From an uncultured Gammaproteobacteria bacterium (GTDB lineage Bacteria; Pseudomonadota; Gammaproteobacteria; PS1; Pseudothioglobaceae): a DNA stretch of 64,000 nt. A model generated the notes under the pieces. That model had not been told where the DNA came from. It did no database searches and was given only the letters and a program-made list of their open reading frames with translations. Made by a program: the position numbers and the translations under genes. The DNA is taken from NCBI GenBank assembly GCA_902511025.1, contig CABXDP010000002.1, positions 1,466 to 65,465 of the forward strand, read 5' to 3'. Of the stretch, positions 40,157 through 50,532 are shown one piece after another (the stretch's first letter is position 1; every line of letters starts with the position of its first letter).

Positions 40157-41294
40157 ATTTACTAGAAGAGAATTTTTACAAGCTTCAGGTGCCTCTTTAT
40201 TTTTAGCTGGACTTCCTCTTCCTGGTTTTACAAAAGATAAGCCACCTGGAACGATTTCAGTCATCATGCTTGAAGGAGGAATGGATGGTTTGACAGCAGT
40301 GCCTCCATTCGGGGATCCTAACTTATTCAAAATGAGAAAAAGTTTAACGCCTGAAAACTACTTAAAATTAAATTCATTTTTTGGACTCCACCCTTCATTC
40401 AAATATTTCAGCGGACTGCTTGCTAAAAACAATGCTTCAGTTGTTCACGCTACCAATTTTCCCTATACCAAAAGATCACACTTCGAAGGACAAAATCTGA
40501 TGCAAGGCGGGGGCCTAAGTCCTTTTGCAGAAACTACAGGTTGGCTTGGAAGAGCGCTCGATCTTGCCAAAACACCTGGTAGATCAATGTCACTCGATAT
40601 GCCTCTTTTATTGAGAGGTGCCCATGAAAATGATAATTTTTTTCCAGCAAGCATTAGAAATTCTGGAAGTTTAACAACTGATCTCATTAATATGATTTCA
40701 AATGCTCATTCTGAAGAAGGATCATCAGTATTTAATAAAGTGAGTAAAAAAAGCACTCAAAAAGACTCCGTTGTTCCTAGAGACCCTGCAAGCCTTGCGA
40801 AATATGCTGGCAAAGCAATGGCAATGAAGAATGGACCCCTTTCATCTGTTATCAAGGTTGATCAATTTGACACTCATGCATCACAGGGGGCAGATGAATA
40901 TGGAAGACATGGTGAAAGATTAGCTATCGTTGATGACATTATTGCAGGTTACAAAGAGGGATTAGGTGAAGCTTGGGATAGAAGCATCATTCTTACCTTA
41001 ACTGAATTTGGAAGGACAGTCAAAGAGAATGGAACCTGGGGTACAGACCATGGCTGGGGTTCAGCTGCCCTTCTGGCTGGAGGTGCAATAACTAAAAGTA
41101 GAGTAATTTCAAAATGGCCTGGATTAGCTGAGAGAGATTTATTTGAAAATAGAGATCTTGTATCGACTATAGATTACCGCTCTGTATGTGCAGCATGCAT
41201 AGAAAATGCTCTTGGACTAGATCACGATTTAATTGCAGAAAAAGTTTTCTATACGCCCAAATTGCCTCGAGTCTACGACTTTATTTTTTCATAG
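40149..41294 (+). CDS. DUF1501 family protein (Tat signal)
   Basis: TRREFL twin-arginine motif, LEGGMDGL, RSHFEGQ, GWLGR, FDTH, TEFGRT..NG..GTDHG. Confidence 0.9.
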   Translation: MPKFTRREFLQASGASLFLAGLPLPGFTKDKPPGTISVIMLEGGMDGLTAVPPFGDPNLFKMRKSLTPENYLKLNSFFGLHPSFKYFSGLLAKNNASVVHATNFPYTKRSHFEGQNLMQGGGLSPFAETTGWLGRALDLAKTPGRSMSLDMPLLLRGAHENDNFFPASIRNSGSLTTDLINMISNAHSEEGSSVFNKVSKKSTQKDSVVPRDPASLAKYAGKAMAMKNGPLSSVIKVDQFDTHASQGADEYGRHGERLAIVDDIIAGYKEGLGEAWDRSIILTLTEFGRTVKENGTWGTDHGWGSAALLAGGAITKSRVISKWPGLAERDLFENRDLVSTIDYRSVCAACIENALGLDHDLIAEKVFYTPKLPRVYDFIFS

Positions 41295-41317
41295 ACTTAG
41301 TAAAACCCTAATTATTA

Positions 41318-42052
41318 ATGAAAAATATTTATTTTCTATTCGTCTTTCTTTTAATCTCATTTCAGAGTCATGCATCCAAATGTCCCGATGGAAGTGATCC
41401 AGTGAAATCGGTTTCTGATGATGGCACATACTATATTTTTACTTGTAATCAAGAGGGCTCGAATAACACTAATAAAAATGTCTCGCTAAGCAATGCTAAA
41501 TCTGGGAGCAATGAAGCAGAGATCAAAATCTATGAAGTAATTTTCGCTCCAGAGGTCTTAGATGAATTACTTAATTTAGTTGTCTCCAAAACTGATTTTG
41601 ATTTCAGTGAATATAAGCTTAATAAAAACGAGGATGACTTTCAATGTCGTTTCACTATGACAAGAATAGTTTATGAGAATATTAAAGAAGGTAAAGAAGA
41701 AGGATGGAATATTGCTGAAGGTAATATTAATATTAGAGGTTCAAATGTTGAATTTGGAAGTAATGCTAAATGGAGAATGGGTGGCCTATCGTCAGATCCA
41801 AGCTACATGGAGGATCAAGTAAATTTAAAGCTTACTGAGGATGGACACATTGTAGGCAAAATGGCCTATTTTAATCTTCATGTTGATAATGGAGAAGTTC
41901 CAATAAATCCAATGTATCCAATATTAACGAAACATAAAAGATCCACTCCAATCAATCTAAATAATTTAACCAATGCTAATACTAAACTATTTATTGATGT
42001 CGAAGATTGGGCTGGTGCAGTAATGTATGTCAGAAACTGCAAAAAAATCTAA
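41318..42052 (+). CDS. Hypothetical secreted protein
   Basis: Sec signal peptide (..SHA), CPDGSDP..C module, 244 aa. Confidence 0.7.
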   Translation: MKNIYFLFVFLLISFQSHASKCPDGSDPVKSVSDDGTYYIFTCNQEGSNNTNKNVSLSNAKSGSNEAEIKIYEVIFAPEVLDELLNLVVSKTDFDFSEYKLNKNEDDFQCRFTMTRIVYENIKEGKEEGWNIAEGNINIRGSNVEFGSNAKWRMGGLSSDPSYMEDQVNLKLTEDGHIVGKMAYFNLHVDNGEVPINPMYPILTKHKRSTPINLNNLTNANTKLFIDVEDWAGAVMYVRNCKKI

Positions 42053-42061
42053 ACGACAACA

Positions 42062-43756
42062 TCAATAACTTTCAATAGACTCAATCATTAGTTGCAAGGA
42101 TTCATTTCCTCTAAATGAGTTCACATTGAGTTTATATGCCACGCTAACCTTCTTGGAATCAATCTTTTCCTGAAAAAAAGCAATCCCTTCTAGTTGAGAA
42201 TTTGTGCCTTGTAATTTCAAATTGCACTTCAGGTGCTTCTCACCAACAACCCTTTGCTCCACCAATTCAAAGTCGCCATAGAAGATAGGCTCTTCAAAGC
42301 CTTGCCCCCAGGGCGAGGCTTGACGCAAAAGATTTGCATTCTTAAATGTTATTTCTGATGAATCAAGTTGGCCATCAGTTAAGAGCTCAATGATGGGTTT
42401 TTTACCTTTGAGATGCTTTGTTATTGCCTCAGTAAATGCATCTTTAAAGTGATCAAAGTTATGAGGTTTAATCGTGAGACCAGCAGCCATTGCATGACCT
42501 CCAAACTTCTCAATGAGTCCTGGATTTTCTCGATCAACAAGGTCTAGTAAGTCTTTAATGTGAACATCTGGAATGGAGCGAATAGAGCCCTTCAAAACAT
42601 CATCTGCTTTAGCAAAAACAGCTGAGGGGCACTGATAAGTTTCTTTGAGTTTTCCGGCAACTATTCCTACAACACCTTCATGCCATGACTCATCATAAAG
42701 AACAATGGCGAACTCACTCTCATCGATGGCTTGATTTTCAACAATAGCAAGGGCTTCATCCTGCATTCTGGTTTGCTCTATACGCCTTTTAATATTGAAC
42801 TCTTCAAGAGTTTGCGCATATCTTCTCGCATCATTCATGTCTTCTGAGAGAAGACACCTTATACCTTGTGAAATATCACTCAGCCTTCCTGCTGCATTAA
42901 TTCTCGGGGCCACTGTGAATCCAAGGTCTGATGCCTGCAATGTTTCGATTGGACGCTTAGTGAGCTCAAGGATTGCTAGGATGCCTTTTGAGCAGTTCTT
43001 TTGACGAATACGCTTGATTCCCTCATTCACCAAAATTCTGTTGTTTTGATCCAGTTTGACAACGTCAGCAACCGTTCCAAGCGCAACTAAATCTAAAAGC
43101 ACTTTTAGGTCAGGATTTTGAATGTTATTTTTCTCAAAATAGCCCTGCTTTGTAAGATGAGTCTTAAGAGAAGAAAACAAATAAAAACTAACGCCAACCC
43201 CGGCTAAATTTTTCGAGGGAAAATCACACCCTCTGAGATTTGGATTAATAATTGCATTAGCCTTTGGAAGATCATTTGGCGGGAGATGATGATCTGTAAT
43301 AATGACATCAATATCAAGCGACCTTGCTAGCTCGGCTCCTTCGTTACTCGATATGCCGTTATCAACCGTGATAATGAGGTCTGGCCCTTTGTCGCGCTTA
43401 GCCTCCTTTACAATTTCAGGACTCAGGCCATAGCCATGCTTGAAACGATTTGGAACCAAAAAGTCAACATGCTTTGCACCCATGAGTCTGAGCGCTCTAA
43501 TGGCAACAGCACTGGCAGTTGCGCCGTCTGCATCAAAGTCTCCAATGATAAGGATATGCTTGTCTTCTATGAGACACTTCTCTAGAAGCTCAAGTGCGAT
43601 ATTGAGCTGATCAAAATTGGGCTTGAGGAGTCCTGGAAGGGCCATTGAAAGCTGAGATTCACTCACCCCTCTTGCAGCGTAGATTCTTTTCAGAAAAAGA
43701 GGTATATCGTCAGAATAAGACTCATACAGTGACTGGTCTATCTCTCTAGTCAGCAC
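42062..43756 (-). CDS. recJ: Single-stranded-DNA-specific exonuclease RecJ
   Basis: GDFDADG, TVDNG, TDHH, GTVADVV, PRINAAGR, FGGHAMAAG. Confidence 0.98.
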   Translation of the reverse strand: MLTREIDQSLYESYSDDIPLFLKRIYAARGVSESQLSMALPGLLKPNFDQLNIALELLEKCLIEDKHILIIGDFDADGATASAVAIRALRLMGAKHVDFLVPNRFKHGYGLSPEIVKEAKRDKGPDLIITVDNGISSNEGAELARSLDIDVIITDHHLPPNDLPKANAIINPNLRGCDFPSKNLAGVGVSFYLFSSLKTHLTKQGYFEKNNIQNPDLKVLLDLVALGTVADVVKLDQNNRILVNEGIKRIRQKNCSKGILAILELTKRPIETLQASDLGFTVAPRINAAGRLSDISQGIRCLLSEDMNDARRYAQTLEEFNIKRRIEQTRMQDEALAIVENQAIDESEFAIVLYDESWHEGVVGIVAGKLKETYQCPSAVFAKADDVLKGSIRSIPDVHIKDLLDLVDRENPGLIEKFGGHAMAAGLTIKPHNFDHFKDAFTEAITKHLKGKKPIIELLTDGQLDSSEITFKNANLLRQASPWGQGFEEPIFYGDFELVEQRVVGEKHLKCNLKLQGTNSQLEGIAFFQEKIDSKKVSVAYKLNVNSFRGNESLQLMIESIESY

Positions 43757-44315
43757 TTCTTACCAGTCTTACAAATGTGTCAATGGTCTTATCGCGAGCC
43801 ATGGATCCACCATAAAAGAATGGAGTTTCATAGGCCATTTTAGGATTAGAGCTCAGAGAATCTGAGGTCCAGTAGCTGTCCATCTGAGTATTTGGGAAGA
43901 AAATTTCATCGATGAGCAAATCATTTTCTCCATAATAGTCAACAATTGAGTTAAGCTCCTCCCTTGTTGGCAATCTCCAATCTGAAAAGCCACAAACCTC
44001 TGCCTTGTTTATATCTTTGATGAATGATTGAGTGTTACAGTTCTTTCCCCAGTAACAATTTTTGCTGAAGGTTCCATTATCCCTGCCGCTTTCTCCATCA
44101 AACCAGGTATAGGTATTTAAAGCATACTGAACGCCCTTCTTTTCACTTTTAACCTCCCATACAAGTGATGTTTCATCATCCAAAACGCATGACCAGCTCT
44201 CACTCTCTAAAGTAAGAGTTTCTCCAGAATCAGACATCTTATGAAGTTCAGCATTTATTGAAATACTGAGCAATAATATTAGAGGTAATAGTAGAGTTTT
44301 TCTCATCAATTTCAT
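43746..44315 (-). CDS. DUF1566 (Lcl C-terminal) domain secreted protein
   Basis: CVLDDETSLVWE, CGFSDWRLPTREEL, YWTS, VRLVR. Confidence 0.85.
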   Translation of the reverse strand: MKLMRKTLLLPLILLLSISINAELHKMSDSGETLTLESESWSCVLDDETSLVWEVKSEKKGVQYALNTYTWFDGESGRDNGTFSKNCYWGKNCNTQSFIKDINKAEVCGFSDWRLPTREELNSIVDYYGENDLLIDEIFFPNTQMDSYWTSDSLSSNPKMAYETPFFYGGSMARDKTIDTFVRLVRSAD

Positions 44316-44373
44316 CGTTCAATCATTTAATCAATATTCTACCATTTATGGACTTTCATAAAACTACTCGAAT

Positions 44374-44838
44374 CTATTGAGTCGTTGATTTTCTCTCAAA
44401 TATGATGAGAACAACCCCTACAAAAATAAAGCTATCCGCTAAATTAAAGACAGGCCAATAGAAACTATTCACATGCAGATCAATAAAATCAATGACATAT
44501 CCATATAGCGCTCTATCAATTAAATTACCAACCGCGCCAGAGAGTAGAAAAAACTGTCCAAATAATTTTTGTTTATACATTGCTGTTGTTTTCTGAGCCC
44601 ACCAGATAAGCCAAAGCGAAACCAAAATTGATACCCCTAAGAGAAAATATTTTCCAATCAAACCGCCATCAGACAAAATACTGAAGGCTGCACCTGTGTT
44701 ATGGAGATAGGTCCAACTCAGATATGGATTTATAACCATGGACTGGCCCAAGTCAAAGGATGTCATAAAGATTTGCTTTGTGAATTGGTCTGATAAAACC
44801 AAAACTATAAATAACAGGAAGAAAACTTTATGCTTCAT
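44374..44838 (-). CDS. lspA: Lipoprotein signal peptidase II
   Basis: DQFTK, NTGAAFS, GAVGNLIDR, VIDF, FNLAD. Confidence 0.97.
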   Translation of the reverse strand: MKHKVFFLLFIVLVLSDQFTKQIFMTSFDLGQSMVINPYLSWTYLHNTGAAFSILSDGGLIGKYFLLGVSILVSLWLIWWAQKTTAMYKQKLFGQFFLLSGAVGNLIDRALYGYVIDFIDLHVNSFYWPVFNLADSFIFVGVVLIIFERKSTTQ

Positions 44839-44981
44839 AGATAATTCGATTCAATAATTTAAATTTAGTGCTTTAGATTAACATTCAACGACTTAGGCTC
44901 AAATGCTAAGTAAAGAGCAACTATTGAGTCAATGTGTTTATAATTAATCTTTGATTCTATTATAAATATTGTGGAGGTTTC

Positions 44982-45767
44982 ATGGGTTTTTTAACGGGTA
45001 AAAAAGCACTCATTGTTGGCGTTGCATCAAATCGCTCAATTGCATGGGGGATTGCTGAATCCATGGCTGCAAATGGTTGCGAGGTTGCCTTTACCTATCA
45101 GACTGAAAAACTTAAGGGTCGCGTTGAAAAATGTGCTGAGATTTGTAACTCGTCTATGGTCATTCCGTGTGACGTATCGAGTGATGAGCAAATTCAGGAA
45201 ACCTTTGTTGAGCTGAAAAAATCTTGGGACAGCTTTGATATATTAATTCACTCGGTTGCCTTTGCAGAAAGATCAGAACTGGATGGCAATTATCTTGAGG
45301 TTACAACGCGTGAAGGCTTCTTAAAGGCTCATGAAATTAGCTCTTACAGTTTTACCGCGCTTGCACAAGCAGCGATGCCAATGCTCAATGAAAATGGTGC
45401 GTTATTAACGCTAAGCTACCTTGGTGCACTCAGAGCAATCCCTAATTACAATGTCATGGGTATTGCTAAGGCCTCTCTTGAGGCTAATGTTCGCTATATG
45501 GCGGCGGCTATGGGTGCTGAAAAAGGGATTCGTGTGAATGCTGTATCAGCAGGTGCTATTAAAACTCTTGCTGCAAGCGGTATCAAAGGCTTTGGAAAAC
45601 TTCTCGATCATGCCGCTGAAAGCTCAGCACTGAAACGTAACGTCAGCATTGAAGAAGTCGGCAATGTCGCTGCCTTTTTATGCTCTGACTTAGCATCAGG
45701 AGTGACTGGCGAAGTCACGTATGTCGATGCAGGATATAACTTTTATGAAAAAGGCCCTGATCTTTAG
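44982..45767 (+). CDS. fabI: Enoyl-ACP reductase
   Basis: [37 protein letters not shown]. Confidence 0.97.
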   Translation: MGFLTGKKALIVGVASNRSIAWGIAESMAANGCEVAFTYQTEKLKGRVEKCAEICNSSMVIPCDVSSDEQIQETFVELKKSWDSFDILIHSVAFAERSELDGNYLEVTTREGFLKAHEISSYSFTALAQAAMPMLNENGALLTLSYLGALRAIPNYNVMGIAKASLEANVRYMAAAMGAEKGIRVNAVSAGAIKTLAASGIKGFGKLLDHAAESSALKRNVSIEEVGNVAAFLCSDLASGVTGEVTYVDAGYNFYEKGPDL

Positions 45768-45858
45768 AAAAAAATAATTCTTTTATATTGATAAATTGAA
45801 GATTATTAGTATACTTATCATCTGATTTTGGAGATTATTTTCTATTTTAGAGGTAAAT

Positions 45859-46272
45859 ATGAGCAATCGATTTCATTTAGCTATTGAGGCTGGAGAACTA
45901 AGCAAAACAATCAAATTCTATACGGATGTATTAGGCTGCGAGCTTGATATGGCTGAGGAAGGTAAGTGGCAAGATGTCGATTTTTGGGGTAATGAACTGA
46001 CTCTTCATCAATCCAAACCTCGAGAAAGTGATAGTCTTGAAAGGCATAGACATAGCGTTGATATGGGTGATGTCATTGTTCCTCACCTGGGGATACATTT
46101 GCCTTTAGATGAGTATCAGAGAGTTAAATCAAGCGTTGCCTCAACTGTAGGCTTTGTGGATGAGCCTTACATTAGGTTTGAGGACTCGGATTACCAGCAA
46201 GAGACTTTTTTTGTTGAGGACCCTAACTACAATGTTCTTGAAATAAAGAGCATGGTCAAGCCAAGAGACTAA
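45859..46272 (+). CDS. VOC/glyoxalase family protein
   Basis: FHLAI..FY..VLGC, VPHLG, DPNYNVLEIK. Confidence 0.88.
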   Translation: MSNRFHLAIEAGELSKTIKFYTDVLGCELDMAEEGKWQDVDFWGNELTLHQSKPRESDSLERHRHSVDMGDVIVPHLGIHLPLDEYQRVKSSVASTVGFVDEPYIRFEDSDYQQETFFVEDPNYNVLEIKSMVKPRD

Positions 46273-46290
46273 CCCGCCTAAAAGTCCAAC

Positions 46291-48135
46291 TTAAAGCAGA
46301 TCAGTAAATACTTTTATTTCAGCATTCTCTCTTAATTGCTTAATAAGTGAGATAAACATTTCATTATTTTCTTGACTTAAATAAAGCGCTGAGATGCCGG
46401 TATCTGAATCTCCCTCAGGTACTCTGACTCCAGCTAAATCAATCACCAAAGAAGTTAACCTGCTTGCACTTTCAAAACTATAGGTATGTCTACCCTCTTC
46501 TGGCTTAGCAAGAGTGAAAGCCAACGAGCTTACTCCAAAAGGCAGCTCACTTGCCCTTGAGATCCACCCCTCACTAACCCACTCTAAATTATTCTCAGCA
46601 ATAAGTTGATTGGCAGATTGCTCATCACCACTCGATAGAGCTGAGGCAATATTTTCAGCTATATTATCAATAACCTCTTTAGCTGCAGCTGACTTTAAAA
46701 TAGACTCAATTTGACCCTCTACCTCACTCAATTCTCTTTCTCGCTCAGACTGCAGATCAGAAAGCGCTAAAACGACAAATTTTTCTGGGCTCATTTCCAT
46801 GACCTCAGAATTCTCCCCCTCGTCAATCACAGCACTACTAAATGCATTGGCAACAAATTTAGGATCGTACTGAGTATTTCTCTCAGAAAAATAGACACTC
46901 GTTTGAAGCGCCAAACCAAACTGGTCTGCAACCATATCGAGTGACTCCTCATAGGACAAATTCATGAACTCTTCTAGAGATCCAAATAACAATTTTTCCT
47001 TAGCATTTTTAATATAAAGAGAGGCAAGCTGATCTTCAACCTCTTCAAAAGATTGCATGGTTTCAGGCTCAATATCCGTCAGCTTAATGATATGAAAGTA
47101 TCCATAATCTGTTGCAACAACTTCACTGACATCTCCAATATCCATAGCAAACGCCACTGTATCAAACTCTGCGCCCATTAGCTCTCTTTCAAAAAAACCA
47201 AGATCACCGCCCTCTTCATTTGAGGAGGTATCCTCTGAATTTGCTCTCGCAAGTTCGGCAAAATTTGCGCCCTGACTAATTTGATCTAAAAGATCGTTAG
47301 CTAAGTCTTCATTATCAAGAAGAATATGCTGCGCCCTTCTTTTTTCTGGATTGGTATAGAGATCAGCATTTTCATCATAAAGACTTTTCAAATCATCGCC
47401 AGTTGGGCTTTCAGGCTCTTCCATAGAATCTAACGTGAGCTCAACAAAATCTACTTTAACTTTTCTGCCTTCAATAAAACTTGATCTGTTTTCATTAAAG
47501 TAGTCAGAAATTTGACTTTGAGAGACGCTTACTTGATCCAAATAGTTTTCAGTATTTAAAGCGATATATGAAATCTCTCTTTGCTGAGCAGCAAGGTCAT
47601 TCAGTTGCGCAGTTTGAGTCGATGACATAAAGGCTGAACCACTTAAATTTCTCTTTATTTGTTCACGATTGAGCGCTTTAGATTGAGCAATTTCATATCC
47701 AGCAGGTGAATAACTATTAAGCCTTAGAAGTTGAGTATAGCGATCTTGTGAAAATACACCATCTACTAAAAATGCTTGATTCATTTCGATCACTGACTTA
47801 ACCTCATCATCAAGTGTAACAATATCCAATGATCTCGCGTAGTTCTCAATGAGCTTTTCATTAATTAAAGAATCTAGCAAAGTTTGCTTTAAGGTGTTGT
47901 CAATTTCTTGGGTATAAGCTGCGCCAAGTTGCTGCTGAAGATTGCGCTGCTGAGAATTTAATTCTTGATAATAAATATTAATATCAATATCCTCACCATC
48001 AACTTTAGCAATCGAAGTGTTTGAAGAGCGACTTGCGTAATCCTGAATGCCAAATAAGGCAAATGGAACTGTAATTAAACCAACGATAAGATAGGCAACC
48101 CATCCTTTTGATTTGTTTCTAATTGCACCTAACAT
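46291..48135 (-). CDS. ppiD: Peptidyl-prolyl isomerase / chaperone PpiD (SurA N-terminal + parvulin domain)
   Basis: N-terminal TM (VPFALFGI), AQHILL, FAELARANSED, GGDLG, FHIIK; near hupB. Confidence 0.88.
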   Translation of the reverse strand: MLGAIRNKSKGWVAYLIVGLITVPFALFGIQDYASRSSNTSIAKVDGEDIDINIYYQELNSQQRNLQQQLGAAYTQEIDNTLKQTLLDSLINEKLIENYARSLDIVTLDDEVKSVIEMNQAFLVDGVFSQDRYTQLLRLNSYSPAGYEIAQSKALNREQIKRNLSGSAFMSSTQTAQLNDLAAQQREISYIALNTENYLDQVSVSQSQISDYFNENRSSFIEGRKVKVDFVELTLDSMEEPESPTGDDLKSLYDENADLYTNPEKRRAQHILLDNEDLANDLLDQISQGANFAELARANSEDTSSNEEGGDLGFFERELMGAEFDTVAFAMDIGDVSEVVATDYGYFHIIKLTDIEPETMQSFEEVEDQLASLYIKNAKEKLLFGSLEEFMNLSYEESLDMVADQFGLALQTSVYFSERNTQYDPKFVANAFSSAVIDEGENSEVMEMSPEKFVVLALSDLQSERERELSEVEGQIESILKSAAAKEVIDNIAENIASALSSGDEQSANQLIAENNLEWVSEGWISRASELPFGVSSLAFTLAKPEEGRHTYSFESASRLTSLVIDLAGVRVPEGDSDTGISALYLSQENNEMFISLIKQLRENAEIKVFTDLL

Positions 48136-48267
48136 AATAATTTTTTACCAATATTGTTAAAGTTATTGCTACACTAAGAATTTAATAAAACTAAATCTCA
48201 CTAATAGCTTTGTGAAGCATTATACAAGGCTGTGTAACTTATCTTAAGAAGTTTTATACCTTAAAAT

Positions 48268-49299
48268 TTATTGATATTTTTGAGCTAGTTTTTCTAAAAG
48301 ATTTTCAATATCATCCAACTTTGTATCCCAAGCAGTTACAAACCTAACCGCTTTTCCATCGAGCTCTTCTTCATTGACATCGTATCCAGAGTTATTCAAA
48401 TAAACAATAACGTCTCTAGGTAGATGTACAAACACCTCATTTGAGTGAGTAGGATAGGCTAGTTCAATATTAGAAAAATGATTTAAACCCTCACTTAATA
48501 TTTTTGCCATTGCATTTGCGTGCTTGGCATTTTTAATCCAGACATCATCAGAAACATAAGCATTAAGCTGAGAGGATATAAAGCGCATTTTAGATAGCAG
48601 TTGCCCAGACCTCTTATGAAGGAAGGGGAAGTTACCAACCATTTCAGGCTTAAAAAATATAATAGCTTCTGCAGCAAGGCAGCCATTTTTAGTACCGCCT
48701 AAAGTGAGCACATCAACACCTGATTTCCAGGTCATCTCTGCAGGGCTTATATTAAGAGAAACGAGTGCATTAGCAAAGCGTGCTCCATCCATATGAACAC
48801 TCATTTTATGTTTATGAGCAATTTTTGATATTTCTTGAATCTCTTCTAATGGATAAACTGTTCCTGTTTCACAAGACTGCGTAATGCTGACAACTGAAGG
48901 CTGAGTCACATGAACATTTCCAGAGCCTCTGACAATCTCATCTAGCTCACTGGCACTGATTCTTCCATTACTGCTTCTCATTGGATTGAGTTTAGCACCG
49001 CCAGTAAATAACTCTGGTGCACCACATTCATCAGTATTTATATGAGAAAGCTCATGACAATATATTTTTCCGAAAACTGGCGTTAGTGCTGAGAGAGCCA
49101 AAGCATTAGATGCAGTCCCAGTGACGGCCAAATAGACCTCGACTTCAGTTTCAAAGACTTTAGATAATGTAGTTTTTAATATTGACGACCATTCATCATC
49201 ACCATAAGATCCTGCAATTCCTGAGTTCGCTTCAATCAGCGCATTCATAACCTCTGGGCATGCGCTAGTGACATTATCTGATGAAAATAATGGGTTCAT
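48268..49299 (-). CDS. ltaE: Low-specificity L-threonine aldolase family
   Basis: FSSDN, TGTASN, HINTDECGAPE, HMDGARFANA, GGTKNG. Confidence 0.88.
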   Translation of the reverse strand: MNPLFSSDNVTSACPEVMNALIEANSGIAGSYGDDEWSSILKTTLSKVFETEVEVYLAVTGTASNALALSALTPVFGKIYCHELSHINTDECGAPELFTGGAKLNPMRSSNGRISASELDEIVRGSGNVHVTQPSVVSITQSCETGTVYPLEEIQEISKIAHKHKMSVHMDGARFANALVSLNISPAEMTWKSGVDVLTLGGTKNGCLAAEAIIFFKPEMVGNFPFLHKRSGQLLSKMRFISSQLNAYVSDDVWIKNAKHANAMAKILSEGLNHFSNIELAYPTHSNEVFVHLPRDVIVYLNNSGYDVNEEELDGKAVRFVTAWDTKLDDIENLLEKLAQKYQ

Positions 49300-49312
49300 T
49301 GAATCTCCTTAA

Positions 49313-50302
49313 TTAGACTGGAACTGCAATCACGCCAAGAAAATCACCATTAACTACATGACCTGGGAAGTGTTTACCTGTAAATATCCCATCAATCTTT
49401 GCATGATATTCATCTGGGAGAGAGCCTGTCCGTTCTATATTATGTACTTTAGCAATAAGCTGTCCAGACTTAACCTCATCTCCAAGATCTACGCAGTGTT
49501 CAACCAGCCCTGTTGACTCACTAAAAATATAACAGTTATCGTCAGGCATATCAAGATTGAGTGTTTCATCAACTTCCAAATCGCCCTGTGTTATCCCAGC
49601 GTGACGAAGAATATTCCTGATACCTTTTTTAGCTATCTCGACTGTATAAGCAGTTGTTGTTCCACCACCGCCTAGCTCAGTACCAATAAATACTTTTCCC
49701 ATATTTTCAGCAGCTGTATCGTACATATTGACCGCATCAATTTCTAAGAGCATAACCGAATGAGGTGCATTAAATGCCTTCATAGCTGCAATGCATTTTT
49801 CTTGCTGCTCTTTATCATCCAAAACATGTACGCAGCAAAAGGGTAAGAAATCTAACGTCTTACCACCTGAGTGAAAGTCTACAACAAAATCAGCCATTGG
49901 CAGCAGTGTTCGGTTGAAATAATCCGCAATTTTTTCAGTGAAAGTTCCCTCTGGATTGCCAGGAAAAACTCGATTCATATTTCCACCATCAATTGGAGAA
50001 GTTCTCTTGCCGGCTTTAAAAGCTGGATAATTCATTCCAGGAATAATGATTACCCTTCCTGATAATTCATCTGCATTTATCTGGCTGGCTAAATCAAATA
50101 ATGCAATTGGTCCTTCATACTCATCGCCGTGGTTTGCGCCTGTTAAAAGAATTGTTGGGCCTTTACCATTTTTAGCAACTGTAATCGGAATAACGATTGA
50201 ACCCCAGGCAGAATCATCATGAGAATGAGGAAGTTTTAGATAGCCATGCTGAACACCATCTTTCTCAAAATCAACTGTGGAGCTAATTGGATTTTCTTTC
50301 AT
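49313..50302 (-). CDS. doeB: N(2)-acetyl-L-2,4-diaminobutanoate deacetylase (ectoine catabolism, DoeB/EutE)
   Basis: DGVQHGYLKLPHSHDDSAWG, GANHGDEYEG, NRVFPG, DFHSGG, TELGGGG. Confidence 0.88.
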   Translation of the reverse strand: MKENPISSTVDFEKDGVQHGYLKLPHSHDDSAWGSIVIPITVAKNGKGPTILLTGANHGDEYEGPIALFDLASQINADELSGRVIIIPGMNYPAFKAGKRTSPIDGGNMNRVFPGNPEGTFTEKIADYFNRTLLPMADFVVDFHSGGKTLDFLPFCCVHVLDDKEQQEKCIAAMKAFNAPHSVMLLEIDAVNMYDTAAENMGKVFIGTELGGGGTTTAYTVEIAKKGIRNILRHAGITQGDLEVDETLNLDMPDDNCYIFSESTGLVEHCVDLGDEVKSGQLIAKVHNIERTGSLPDEYHAKIDGIFTGKHFPGHVVNGDFLGVIAVPV

Positions 50303-50314
50303 AAAAAGGCACGG

Positions 50315-50360
50315 CAAAAAAATAAAGTGTTATTGTACTTCAACACTTTATTTTTTACAA
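50315..50360 (-). terminator. tRNA-operon terminator overlapping a putative doeB promoter
   Basis: Minus strand AAAAAATAAAGTGTT..AACACTTTATTTTTTT hairpin containing TTGTAA-N17-TACAAT. Confidence 0.55.
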
Positions 50361-50371
50361 TTCAGAATAAA

Positions 50372-50448
50372 TGGCGGAGCGGACGGGATTCGAACCCGCG
50401 ACCCCCTGCGTGACAGGCAGGTATTCTAACCAGCTGAACTACCGCTCC
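50372..50448 (-). tRNA. tRNA-Asp(GTC)
   Basis: GGAGCGGTAGTTCAGCTGGTTAGAATACCTGCCTGTCACGCAGGGGGTCGCGGGTTCGAATCCCGTCCGCTCCGCCA. Confidence 0.98.
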
Positions 50449-50455
50449 GTTTTCT

Positions 50456-50531
50456 TGGTGGGCGCTACAAGACTTGAACTTGTGACCCTCGCCTTGTAAG
50501 GGCGATGCTCTCCCAACTGAGCTAAGCGCCC
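50456..50531 (-). tRNA. tRNA-Val(TAC)
   Basis: GGGCGCTTAGCTCAGTTGGGAGAGCATCGCCCTTACAAGGCGAGGGTCACAAGTTCAAGTCTTGTAGCGCCCACCA. Confidence 0.98.
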
Positions 50532-50532
50532 C

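Noticed and set aside
48136-48267. att-like tRNA-Asp remnant delimiting doeB-ltaE
   Set aside because: No tRNA 3'-end repeat is visible, so there is no direct evidence of site-specific integration.
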